This document shows, piece by piece, positions 24,588-37,200 of a DNA stretch of 64,000 bases. Origin of the DNA: Mobula hypostoma. Taxonomy: Eukaryota. The notes beneath the pieces are model-generated. The model ran no database searches. It saw nothing but the letters and a program-made list of their open reading frames with translations, and was not told the DNA's origin. The position numbers and the translations under genes are program-made. Position 1 is the stretch's first letter; each line of letters opens with the position of its first letter. The stretch is from NCBI RefSeq assembly GCF_963921235.1, contig NC_086108.1:65040001-65104000 (forward strand), written 5' to 3'.

Positions 24588-27192
24588 TGAACATAGAAAG
24601 TGCTGGTCCAAGCATTAGGTCACGCATCTAAATGTATAAAAATGTTAATGTGGATAGCCAGTTGGTTAATCCTTTTTTGTTATAAAGTTACTTTGCATCA
24701 TTTTCATGCATCTGAATGGAAGATATCAAGCTGTACTAATATTCTTTTTCACTATAGCGTAAGGTTTTCTTATTTTCTCCTGCAATCATCTATTTGCTGG
24801 CTTCCAGATAAATCATGCTTTTATTTCAGTCATTAATTGACCATTTTCAATGGTGTTTTCTCCCTTAATAACGTGAAATGTGAAAACTGTTCAGGGTTTT
24901 CTTTGCATCTATTTTCAAAAATAGTCCCATGATAAAGAACTTATTAGCAATGTGCCTTTGTCCATGACTTGGAATGAGCCATATGCTTCAGGCTTGTAAA
25001 ACGGGAGGACGATACAAGAAAGTAAATGGGCAGCTTGGACTCCCACCTTTGTACCTGATACAATTTCCAAGAAAGTCAATAAATACTTATTACCATTAGT
25101 GCTGGGAGTAAGACCCTAGTTCCAGTTTTACTATATTCACATCCAGAGTTTTCTCAATGAAATTTTCACAAGGATTGATGGAGACCTTAAAAGAGAGGTA
25201 AGTTTCAGGGAGCTCACTCATGCTCCTTCTTGACCACTTTCAGACTATTACTATGCATTTCCCCACCCTGACATCCTACAAAGGGCACTGGGACACTGGC
25301 AGAAAGGAAACTCCATGCAAGTCTCAGCTGAATTTTGCATTCAGAAACCTGCAGCTCTACCCATGTGGCAGCTTCAGGCTCTTTTCTCTTGCCATTCATT
25401 CATTCGTCAGTATAGTATACATACTGCTCAGAATATTTAAAAATATTGATCTATAAACTTCCCAGAAACATTATGCCCACAGTATAAGAGAAGTTAGCAG
25501 TCCCATATATTAGAGACACAGAATCACTGGTGATTTTAGACTGAGGTGCATGCTTTTTTCCTTTCAGTTAATAAAACCATCAATATGATAGACTAGAAGG
25601 CATAAGCATAGATGGGATTGTTGAGGCTTGTGACAGTCATGTGTTAAATCATCTCACTATTTCATAAAAAAATCATGCATGCATGATGTAATCATAGATT
25701 GAAACTTGCTATTCTCTTGTGAGTGGCAGTAGGTTTACAATACAAGGGGGAAAATGTCTTCTGAAGTAAGTTGAGACTAAGCATGATGATACATTGCAGA
25801 ATGCTTTCCAGTGAATTCTGACAATGCTGCTGGTAGCATAGTTGAAAATATACTCAAAATATATGTTTCTTTGCCTCCAAAATTGAGACAATGAATGCAT
25901 TTATCTATTTATTTGAAAAATAAATAGTAAGTATGTAATAAGTAGATAATAAAAATGAGGCAATAAGTGTGGTAATCTATTCCTTGCAAACTACATTACT
26001 GCTTCTTCATTTGCATGGATCAAATGTAAGATTAATTGAACCTGCCTGCAATTTGGAAGGAAAAAAATTAGAAGATGTTACTTTCCATATTTTACTTCCT
26101 GTTGAGGACATTTTCAATGTGACGCTTGGTGTCCTAACACCAGAAGTTTCACCTCCTAATTTGTAGGTCAGCCGATGTAATCAATAATGGGAAGCCATTC
26201 TGCATCTTGTCAGTTTATCTCTAACTGAAGGTGGGTAGCAAAGGGTGGCTGCATCCAGCCTTGGCGGGGGCATTTTTAGAGGTAGCAATTGAGATGAGAA
26301 TTCTTCTGACTTTAGTGTGTAGCGACATTATGGAGATCAGTGATTATTCCTCACACTTCCAACAAGTAGTTTCTCTGACAGTGTAAGAAATACCCAAAAC
26401 AAACATTTTGAAGTCTGCTTGCAATATTGCTTAAATTTCCAGAGCAAATCTGACCCCAACATTTGTAATATTTTACCAGCAATTTTCAGTTGAGCTTCAT
26501 TAAATATCAGGGACTTTTAAAAACAATGACAAATCAGGTGAATTCAAACTGTAAGATCACCTTTTTGGCCCATCATTTACCTCCCACTGTTCACACGAAG
26601 CATGAAAGAAATAGCCTGAGCAGTTTTCAACTTTCTAAAAAAAAAGACAACTTGTTTGCCTTTATTGTTATAAATAATTTTAATAATTACATTAGCAAAT
26701 GCCTACCTATATCCTGTATTGAAATGTTGCCTTTGCTGTATACCTTGAGTGACACTTCCACTTCTGTTATTTATGTTCTTTTAACACGCATGCTCATGTT
26801 GCTTCCTCATTCCTCAATTCCTTGCAGTGCAGATAATAGTTGATATTAATCAGAGGCATTTTCTATGACCCTTGGCATTTCTGTTTCCACGATAATACAT
26901 CTTACAAGAAATGAAATTCCATTATTGTTTTGCGATGGAGGATTGTTGCAGGACTGTGATTATCGCCCCACAAAAAGAAAAGGTTGTGCCTTTGTACGCC
27001 TGCTTTTTTAAAATGCAAACCAAAGTCTCTCAAGCTTCAAGTTCATTATCAGGGGGTTAAAAGGAGTACCAGACATAAATTTGGGTGAGTGCTTCTACAG
27101 ACCCTGCTGTCTTTCAATCAGGCTTAAGATGTGTGTTGTTTGCGTGCAACCCACTGCTGCTTCTTGAACGCATGTATCCCTTCCCTTCACAG

Positions 27193-27284
27193 CCTATTCG
27201 ACACCCAGCACCTCCCCTGCAAACCGATTCGTGAGTGTTGGACCACGGGATCCCAGCTTTGTAAATATCCCTCAACAGCCACAG
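27193..27284 (+). CDS. NFIA: NFIA coding exon (exon 10 equivalent)
   Basis: Acceptor tcccttcccttcacAG|CC and donor CAG|GTGGGC; 92 nt. Joins in frame to the previous exon, giving (T)YSTPSTSPANRFVSVGPRDPSFVNIPQQPQ, which matches NFIA just before the terminal SWYLG. Confidence 0.96.
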
Positions 27285-27767
27285 GTGGGCAGCTTTGAAC
27301 CTTTTTGTATCCAGTTTAGCTTTTTGTGGTCTTGTTTCTACATGCAGTGAGCTGCAATCATACTGCATAGTAGGGATCTTTCAGAACTGACCTTATGCTC
27401 AATCTGCAAAGCAGAAGTATTTTCAATAGCCCGCTGTCTGGAAATAAAATCCATGCATTCTCTAATGTTGCTTGGCAAAAAATTAGTATTGTGAGTAATT
27501 ACAATATGGTAAAATGTCGTCGCTTTTTTATTTTAAAAATTCTTTCAGATGAATATTTTCCAAAGTACATCATTTGGCTAGTTTTGAATGTATATTTTTG
27601 TTGTGCTTTAACGTTTAATGTCCCAATAGAGAAAAAATAGCAGAAGTCCCATTTACAATATGGATTACTGGCTACATATTTTAACTCAAGACCTATAGGA
27701 GTTCAATTCACATACTTTAGAAGACCAATGTTAGTTTAGTTAATTATTTGAATCTGTATTTCTCTAA

Positions 27768-28090
27768 GAAGGAAAACTCTGATCTCAAGCCTCCGCTGCC
27801 TTGCAGCTATACCCGCTCATGGGGAAGGCTTTGGAAGTAAACCCCGAGGGAAAAGTTCGGAGCTGGAGTCCCTAAGGCAGTCCTACATTGACTTCAATGC
27901 TGACTGGCAACTTCTGCAACGCTGTTGGTACCAGACTGTACAGGCCTCTTAGGGTCCATCAGTTGTGTGGAGAAGGGGAGCTTGCTACATGGACAACAGC
28001 TTGTTCTCCATCCCGTACTGCCCAGGCTTGTGTATCTAGACAGCTAGGATGAAACATCCATGGTCAATTCTGACTGACAGAGGCCTCAGG
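27768..28090 (+). mobile_element. Non-autonomous retroposon-like insertion, possibly RTE-related
   Basis: Direct repeat tttctctaa at 27759-27767 and 28091-28099; higher GC than the flanks; the gaaggaaaactctga...taaaccccgagg start resembles RTE 5' regions. Confidence 0.5.
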
Positions 28091-28199
28091 TTTCTCTAAT
28101 ACTTCTAAACCTACATTGTATATTCAAATTCATGGGCTTGAGAGAGATTCTATAATGTAATATTAAGAATAAGAATGTTCAGAGCACATCATCACAAAA

Positions 28200-28700
28200 A
28201 CCTAAGATAGAGAAGAAGGAGCAGGCCATTCACCAACACCCCCCTCCCCCGGTGCCTCCTACCTAATCAGTAAATTTGTGAGAACATAGGCCCAATCTGC
28301 ATAATCTCTCTACCAAGGGCAATATTCCCATTCCAGGAATCAATCTGGTGAACCTTGATAATAGTTCCTCATCACAGGTGGATCCTTGCTTCAATAACAT
28401 GGCCAGACATGTACATGGTTTTCCAGGTGCAATCTTACCAAGTGCCTGTATCATTTCAGTGGCATGTTTTCTTATTGTACCACAATGTTCTCACAATTAA
28501 AGCCACTGTTCTGTTTACTTTCATGTTTACTTGTTGCACCTCCGGGTTAACTTCCAGTGATTCATTTACAAGAACATTCAAGTCCTTCTGAAAACCAGTG
28601 ATTTTTAATCACTTATCACAATTTTTCAACATTATTTTCTCCCATTTATTTTGCTTGGCCATATCCCCTTGAAGCCACTCTGCACCCAAATCAAAACCCA
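28200..28700 (-). mobile_element. Old CR1 fragment
   Basis: RFTRLIPGMGILPLVERLCRLGL in ORF 28263..28454. Confidence 0.7.
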
Positions 28701-30064
28701 CTGTGCCATCCAACTCAAACTATATTATTAAAAAAAAGACTTTCAGTCTATTGGGCACATTTTTTTAGTATGGCAGTGAGCAAGGGAGTGTCTTAAGATA
28801 CCCAAATGTGGAAAATGTTTGCATGACAATGTCAAGCAAGCGCCATATGATTCCATTCTCATGACTTTATTAAGAATCATTAATATTTCTTCTTCACAGT
28901 CAGATGGTACAATCTCTAACAAAATGGGGTACTCAGTAAAAAGAACTTTTGCACAAAATCTTAAAAAGGATTATGAATTCAGTCTGCACTGAAATGTTTT
29001 TTTTAATCTGGAAGATTCCTATGTCTGAGGGAACTCAGTGACAGCCTTAAACTACTTACTAATGCTAGAAAGTCTGGATGATTTCCCCTTTCATCCTGTA
29101 TTGGACCAGAGCTGATTCTACAGATAAGCAGTGATTGATGACCAGATTGTCCATGGATTTTTAATACCATCAATTGCCTACTGGAGTGCCCTAGAAAGTG
29201 GAAGTGCTGTGGTTTATAAATTACATTTTAAATGGATAATTGAACCTTGTAATCTTTAAAGAAATGGTTCATGCTGGTAGTATCAATTGTTTCTGACAAA
29301 ACCTTGTTTGATTTCTGTATCTGTAGAGTTATCTTTTAACTAAATATATATTTAAGCAACTCTTAATCATTGTAAGAGTGCAGGGTTTCCTCAATTTATA
29401 AAAAAAAGTACCTTTCATAAGAAGCATTTTGTGTTGTGAAAATTTATAAATCATAAATGCTGGGCTGTAGTTACAGGATTTTGGGTACCATGAATTCCTT
29501 TGCACAGAAGGTGAGATTCCATTTGTTACAGCAAAAAAATAGCTTCCTACGATGAGAACACTGACCTTTAATGATCTTAAGTGTTATCATGAAAATATCA
29601 TGTAAATCAGATGTTCATAAGCCAAAGGAATTCATTAGTAGGAAAAGTTCTATCTGAGCAAAGCTCATTGAGACTGTGGATGCCCTCAGACTATATGCAA
29701 AGATAGTAGTATGACAGGACGGACAATGTATGTCTCTATCAGCACAATAAAATTACGAACTCTGGTCTACAGGGCGGTGGAGGTGACACGGACCTATGCC
29801 AGTTTTTTGAAAGAGTAAAATATGAAAACAATGAACTGCTCCCAAGTTTCTGTAAGAGTCACCTCAGACATCATAAAAACAATTAGAGTTTAGACTAGGG
29901 GACCAATTTGGCTAGGATATCTGAGACAAAAGAAGGGAAATTATTTTAAAAATTGAGTTTAAGGAAAGGGAAAGGAAAGCCGAGCAGCCAAAATATTTTT
30001 ATATAGAATTAAATAGCTTTCAATTGCTGGTTTTCCTGCACTGTTCTATCCACTATGCAAATTA

Positions 30065-30780
30065 GTCATGAAATCATAGAGCAGTACAGCATACAAACAG
30101 GCACCTCAGCCCAGTACAACTATGCTAACCATTATGTTTATCCATACTAACCCCATTTTCCTACATTAATTCCAGGTTCCTTAATGTCTTATTCATTCAC
30201 GTACATTTCCAGATGCCTCTTAAATGTTGTTACTGTTCCGGCCTTCACTTCCTCCTCTGGCAGCTCAATCCAGATACCAGCTACTCTGTGTGTGACAAAT
30301 ATATGCATCAAATCCCCTTTAAAACTCTTTCCTCTCACCTTAAATCTATGCCTTCCAGGATTAGATGCCCACACAGTGGGAATCAAAGACTCCACCTATG
30401 TGACTTACAATTTTATATTCTCTGCCATGTCTCCTGCCACCTGTAACATATTATGACTATGACTCTGTGATTCTGCTGATAACTCAAGCCCTCCAATCCA
30501 GTCAAAATCCTTGTGAACCTTTTCAGCATCCTCTCTTCCTTAATAATATCTTTCCTACAGGGCGGGATCTAAAATGCACTCTAAGAATGGCCTATTCAAT
30601 ATTTTATGTAACTGTTACGTGATGTTCCAACTCTTATACTAAACACCTCAGCTGAGGAAGACAAGTGTGCCACACACCTTCATCACCACCCCGTGTCTAT
30701 CTGTGATCCCATTTTCAGGGAATTGTGACTTCTTACCTAATGTCACAAACTACTCAGGGCCTTGGCATTTACTGTGAAGC
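30065..30780 (-). mobile_element. CR1 3' fragment
   Basis: GRHRFKVRGKSFKGDL..FVTHRVAGIWIELPEEEVKAGTVTTFKRHL. Confidence 0.85.
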
Positions 30781-33739
30781 ATGTTTCTTTAAAAAAACTG
30801 ATCATTGTTTGAATGTATTAGTGTGCTATAGAGGATAATTTGATACTTCCTCTGACATTCTAAAGTATCTAATTAGATCAATGAATTTTCTGGTTAATTT
30901 TAATGACCAATTTTTAAAAACTAACCTTACAGCAAATTACATGGAAGTATGATGTTAAAAATACACTGAATTTTCATTTTTGTTGTGTCGTATTTGTGAC
31001 ATTTTCTTTCTGTCTCTATGTTTGGTAACTGCTCAAGATTATAGCAGTTTGCTCAGTACATATTAAGCAACATCTAAATGGCGTGGGTTTGGATGAGTCA
31101 CTGCAAGAATCCTCTGAACTGCAGGATTCATTCCAGGCACTTCATGTTAAATCAAAATTTCAATTTGTGTTGAGTAATACATCTTCTTACTAAAGCTTTG
31201 TTTAGAATTTATTACGTATATTTTTTTAAAAATGCAATAAATTCCTGTTTAACCAGAGAATGGATCTCTCTGTTTAGCTGTTAACTTGCAGTTATTACCA
31301 CATAAATAAATCAAATGCCAGCAGCAGACACCGAAGAAGTAGGATTCACTAGCCAGTTACAACATTTTCTAAGTTTCCTAATTCTTATATTGATCTTTAT
31401 TGACTTCTATGCTTATATTTAGTGTTTAAAAGTACGTATATTCTAAGTGCTTTCTCATTTTTTTAGTTTACTTCAAATAATGTCAACTATTTATTGAAAA
31501 AGTCCTGTCTGTTGACATAGAGATGCCCTTGACAAGTGATCTAAATTGATACATTATAAAGATGCTGAAACTTTAAGGTACCTGAGAATAAGTAGCAAAT
31601 GTTTTGCAGCTAACCAGGCAAGGCAGAAGCTGGTGGTGCTATTTTATTAACAGTTCCATTTTATATGTAAATGCTAGAGACACTTGTGGTAGTTTATGAT
31701 CAGCCAATGCTGCATTTCTAAACTCAGAATGGACACGTGATCTGACTTCTAGACAGCAGCATGTTCATGCTGACTTACAGGCCTGGAATTACTGTCATAA
31801 TAAGCAATGCCTATCTTAGAGGGTGATTTCACACAAATGTTGATTCAGAGACTAATTTAGTGCCATCAGGTGATGAGCACATCTTGCAATCCCTCTGCCT
31901 TTTCAACCACACTTCCTTTTTACGAGTCTGCCACGCTTGATACTAGCATTTAAATTTTGTTTTAATTATCATTGTGGGTGTATATCTGAGAATTGCACAG
32001 CATCAAAACGAAGTCCCTTTATCAGGTGTGCGATGAGAAATTCTGAATGTGGATTGCATAACAGAAGCCAATTTTTAAACTTGCCTGTTTGGCAAAACGC
32101 AAGTGCATGTTGGAAGGGGTGGAGTTGGTGGTGACTGTTAACTTAAATAGTGGGTTCTTTTCTCATCATTTGTAAGATGGCTTTGGGCATATGAAGTATC
32201 TCAGTAGAGTGGAGTGGGATCTGGATTAAATATACAGTTCCAACTGCAATGATGTTGGCGGCAATTGACACCACTTCTTTCCTGAAACTGCCTTCTTAGG
32301 CCAAGATGGCTGGAGCAGGAGGCTCAGAAAATCTTTTTTGATCACCCCTATGGGTGAGGAAGAACAGAAATGAAATCTGACGCTTTCTCTTTCTTTGGAT
32401 TTATCTCCTATGTGTCCCCCACCCATATACAGCTACGTCCTTACAACGCACTATCTATATTCACTGACTGACAGGCAAAGACTTAAGAGGGAAGCCTTAT
32501 AACATCTATCTGCTAGCAGAGATCAGGTCTTAACTTATCCATTTTGTGTCAAACATTGTATCTTGTACTTTTTGCTTATCTGTCACTATGTTGTGTGCAG
32601 AAACACTCTGCAAGCACTGTCCATGTATTGTCAGTCTTACATGACAACTTGGAAAGGTCTGCAACATGAAGTTTAATGATAAATGCATGTGGGCGGTATT
32701 AATTTACTGTCCTCAATATAGCTCCAGTTGATTATCCGCTGTGAGGATGATGAAATCTACATCACAAAGACCTAGCCAATTGTTTTCTGTTTTTATCAGA
32801 ACCTCGTCCAGTATTAATTAGCCATAAGTTCATTTGGTAACACTGCATCAAGATGTCCTTAATGAGCACCTTTAGTTAGATAGGCATAGTTGAGGAACTG
32901 ATATAATTTTAAGACCTGACTATCCATAGATTAGTGCCAGAGGAGATAGGAGATGTATATGTATTATTACTGTATCTTCCATCCATCTTCTCTGATTATT
33001 TTTTACTGCAGATAGCACAGTATTGGATTAGCTTGCTGTATAGCACATCAGCAGGAAGATCAATTTATTGACTTTGTCATCATAGTAAGTAATAGTCAAA
33101 GAAAAGAAATAGAAGGCAAGACTGCATTGCATCAAAAATAAACGTGCCATCTACTTTTCTGTACCTTATGCATCTTTAAATGTTTACACAGGAAAGAACA
33201 CTTCAGTAATTCAGGTGGTTGTACATTATTAATTAACCCCAGCTCAGAGCTCTGCAGAATTGCATGGTTTTTAGAACTGCACTGTTTGATTTCTTGTAGG
33301 TGATGGAGACATTGACCAACTTTCAGCATTTTCTTTTCCTCTACTGCTTTCCTCAGACGCAATCAGATCACATTTTGGTTCAAATGGCATTATAGTGTTC
33401 AGCCTATCAATAAAATTGATTCATAGTTCACACAATAAGCAATGTGGTTAGACAAAACTGGCACATGTTCTTTCCCCGGTGTTTTGATACGAAATCCATC
33501 CCTAATAACACCTCATGACCTACCGGTGAGTCAAGATGGGCAGTTTCCATTCTGTATGAAGTTTAATTCTGTGCATATTCCACTGCAAGAAAATAACCTT
33601 AATTTAATTCTTCTACCTTTTTAATCTCACCAAGTTCATGTGATTAGTTTCAATAGCTGGGCTCTAAATTATGAAATAGCCTGTTAAGAGTTATATTGTT
33701 TAGGAAGTTAGATTCTAATACCCCTTAACCATTAGGCTC

Positions 33740-34215
33740 ATGAACAAAAGAGGATATCGACATACGTTCTAATTCTGGTGTTCCCGCAACCGGTAGTCTC
33801 ACTTTAAGGACTCTTTATCTTGTTATTCATGCTCTTGTTATTTATTACCATTTATTTATATTTACATTCGCATAGTTTGTTGTTCATTGATCCTGTTTAC
33901 AGTTATTTTTCCACAGATTTGCTACGTATGCCCACAGGAAAAAGAACCTCAGGGTTTTATATGGTGACATGTATGCACCCTGATAATAAATTTTACATAG
34001 AACTTTGAACTTTTCTATTGAAAGGCGTAGCTCCTATTACTCTGGTCATCAACCTACCCATAAAAGGATTTGGGATATGAGAGGAAACAGGAACACTCAG
34101 GTGAAATTCATGCAGTCACAGGGAGAACATACTAACTGCACATGGATGGCACCCAGGGTCAGGTTGCTGATGCTATTAACAAAAATCACCACTGCTGCAG
34201 CACAACTGTGCCACC
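33740..34215. mobile_element. LINE 3' UTR (+) followed by a decayed V-SINE (-)
   Basis: gataataaattttac..gaactttgaacttt tail, then tttgggatatgagaggaaacaggaacac, the reverse of the V-domain. Confidence 0.6.
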
Positions 34216-37200
34216 AATTGTAAGGAGATATGCATCTGTTAGAGTCTATGGTGGAACTCTTCTCTGACTAAATGTGGTATCTTTTCTGCTGAGAAGAGAT
34301 TCTGTCACCCACACAGAAACATACTGTACCTGCATAACTTTTCTTTCCTTTCTTGTTGGCTTCCTAATGTTTAACATAAATTACTAGTTGTTAGTAATGC
34401 CTTTTGAAGCTCTTAATGGCTTTTAGTATGAAGGCCTTTCAAACAGTCAATCCCGTTAATTGTTTGCAACCAGTTCAATTTTACTTGTACGTAGTTTACC
34501 ACTCCACTATTAGTTTACCCTTCACACAGATCCAAATCTGTCTCTGAAGTTTTGTGAATGAGCTGACCATGGAAAATTGAGTACAGCTTCTTGCAATTTG
34601 AGAGTGACTTCTGTATTTGTTATCTGTTTATTTCCCGATCGTCATCTTTAATCTCTTCTTTTATGGATGCCCTATAAGATGTCAACTTTTCACAAAGCTT
34701 AGTACTTTAAGAGTGGTGATCTACCTTGCAGTTTCTACTACAATTCTCTGAAATCTTTGCTTTAGACCAAGAAGTCTCCTACAGTGTTAATGTCAGTTCT
34801 TCTTGCTGCAGCTGCTGCTCCTCTTCCTCTTGTTGGGAGTGAGGAGGACAAACTTGCACTCCAGTTCTGTGGGGTTCTGGGGTGGTTGAGGAGTTCAAGA
34901 TGGGATGTTAGGTGGTGGCCTTTAATGAGCTGGGTGGAAGTGTGGGTTCGTGGATGTTGACATTCATTTTGTTTTTTATCACTGGGATTCTGTAATTCAA
35001 GGTGCTCAGTGCTTTCCCAGAAGTTCTTGTCTATTTTTTTAAACACTCATGAGCTAAGAATTCCGATGAGCTAGTAAGGGCATTACATTCCTCACAATGG
35101 ATTTTGAGTATGTCCTCAAACCACTTTCTCTGTCCTCCCTGAAATCGCAGAGTGAGCTATCCTGTTTAAGAAGTTTGCTTCAGGAATGCTGATGATACGG
35201 GCCATTCACTGGATCTGACTGCATTTGACTGATGTACCAAATGTTTCTCTGCAAGAGATTATTAATATTGATTTGCCTATCCTACGAATGAGTTTGGAGG
35301 ATTTTGCTGGGTCTGTTTGTGGTATCATGCATGTGTTGCGGGTCCTACTGTAGCAATCCCATGTTAGTGAAGGACAAGGATTAACACTGATTAATTGACT
35401 ATGAGCTCCAACTCTTTTGAATATACTTACCCTCAATCAGCCTGGGTCTGTGCTGGAGCAGTATACTGTTTGGAGGAAGTAGCTTTGGCATTCCTCTGCA
35501 TTTATTCCAGACCTCATGAAGTGTAATGGCATCAGGTCAAACATGGGAAATGAAAGTCCTCCCAGTTATCATCTATCATCCTCTCTTGATGCTCCCCCAT
35601 GTTGAACAACTTAGAAGAATTATCTTCATATTGAGGATGCATTCCTTTGTGTTGTCTAGCTCAAACCCACTTGGGACCTGTGTTGACGATAGTGTTGGAG
35701 TACGTTCATATCATATGACAGGTTACCAGTTGGATATTTGTTATGTAAGTAACGTATAGACTAGGGTTTAACTCCAGTATTGCACTGAGAGATCGAGTCA
35801 TCCCATAAATGACCAGCAATGGTCACTTACAGGACTACTTTGTGTACTCCAGGTTCCCTCATTGCACCCTAACAATGAAATCAGTTCTGAGGCCCATGAG
35901 AGATGCTGTCTAGGAATTGCCCAGTCAAATTTCAGGAGAAACTCAAAAATGGACATTATTATGTTTCACTGCAGAAAAAAATCAATTTTCATTGCATAAT
36001 GCTGAAAAAGCAGCAGTTTACGATTGAATTTCTAGCTCACAGTGTTTCACATCGCAGATCACATTTGAAGTTTCCAATATACAATATCTAATATTAGGAG
36101 TAGTAACAAAATATTCCCTCACTTGTGCCCCTAAAATATTAGTGATTCAAGCAACAGCATTATCTTCAGAGGTTTCTCAGTTGTGCTCTCTTAATGAATA
36201 ATAGCTGTTACAGAATTTGGTGCAGCGATGGAGAATTCTGCCTTCCTGCCAAGTTTAATCTTTCAAAAAGTCCTTGTGATCATCTAATGTGGAATTATTA
36301 GAAATAAATGAATACTTATTCAATTACTAAAAATGGCAACACAAGTATCATTATTTTTCTACCTTTAAACAGAATCAGGATGTGTACGTCTTTTATGGAA
36401 ATTTGTTGTTTTCGAGGGTCAGATAGTTTTTAGTCTTTGAGCAGTTCAATAAGTTTTTAACAGCACTTAAACAGTTTTATAAATACTTCATCGTATTTTA
36501 TTCCCAATGAATCATAGGCTGTGATAGCATGACACCTAAAGAGCTGAATTAATTTATTAAACGTCAATTAAAAATCTTAACACCTTTTAGAAAGGCAGAA
36601 ATAATTTACTTGCCCCTATGAATCAAATACCTATGAAACAGATGCCTTCCTTTAAATTTGAAAGTAGCTCTTTAATGTTTTAAACTGTTTCAATTTTCTA
36701 TTATGTCACACAATTGGTAATCTCTCAACATCCATCTACTATAGGCCAGGAGTTTATCATGTGTTAATAACAAGGACAAACCTTGAACAATTATAAAAGT
36801 CAGTCCAGTGCAACTTTGGTGATCACTAAATTCCTCTGGACTCCAGTCTAGTCAACTGAGCTGATGCAATTAGATTCAGAAGGTGTAAGCTGTATACAAA
36901 TGTTAATTTCTCTATTTTTCAAAATGGATTTAGTTGTTGTGAGTAAGCCCTGTTACAGTATAAATTCATTTTGTAGTGTTTAGTTCTACTAACTCTTATA
37001 TGTTTTTTAACTGCAACATATTTGGTGTAATAATTGAAGTTTTTAAATTCATTACTTAAATTGGAAAGCTGTGGCTAACCTGTGGTAACCAGAGTTATAA
37101 CTAGCTCCTGGGGCCATGGTTCTCAGTTTTTGTGCTGATAGTTCTTTAAACACAAGAAAATTACTTTCAGCCATGCTGAAAACAAACTCACTTTTAGATA

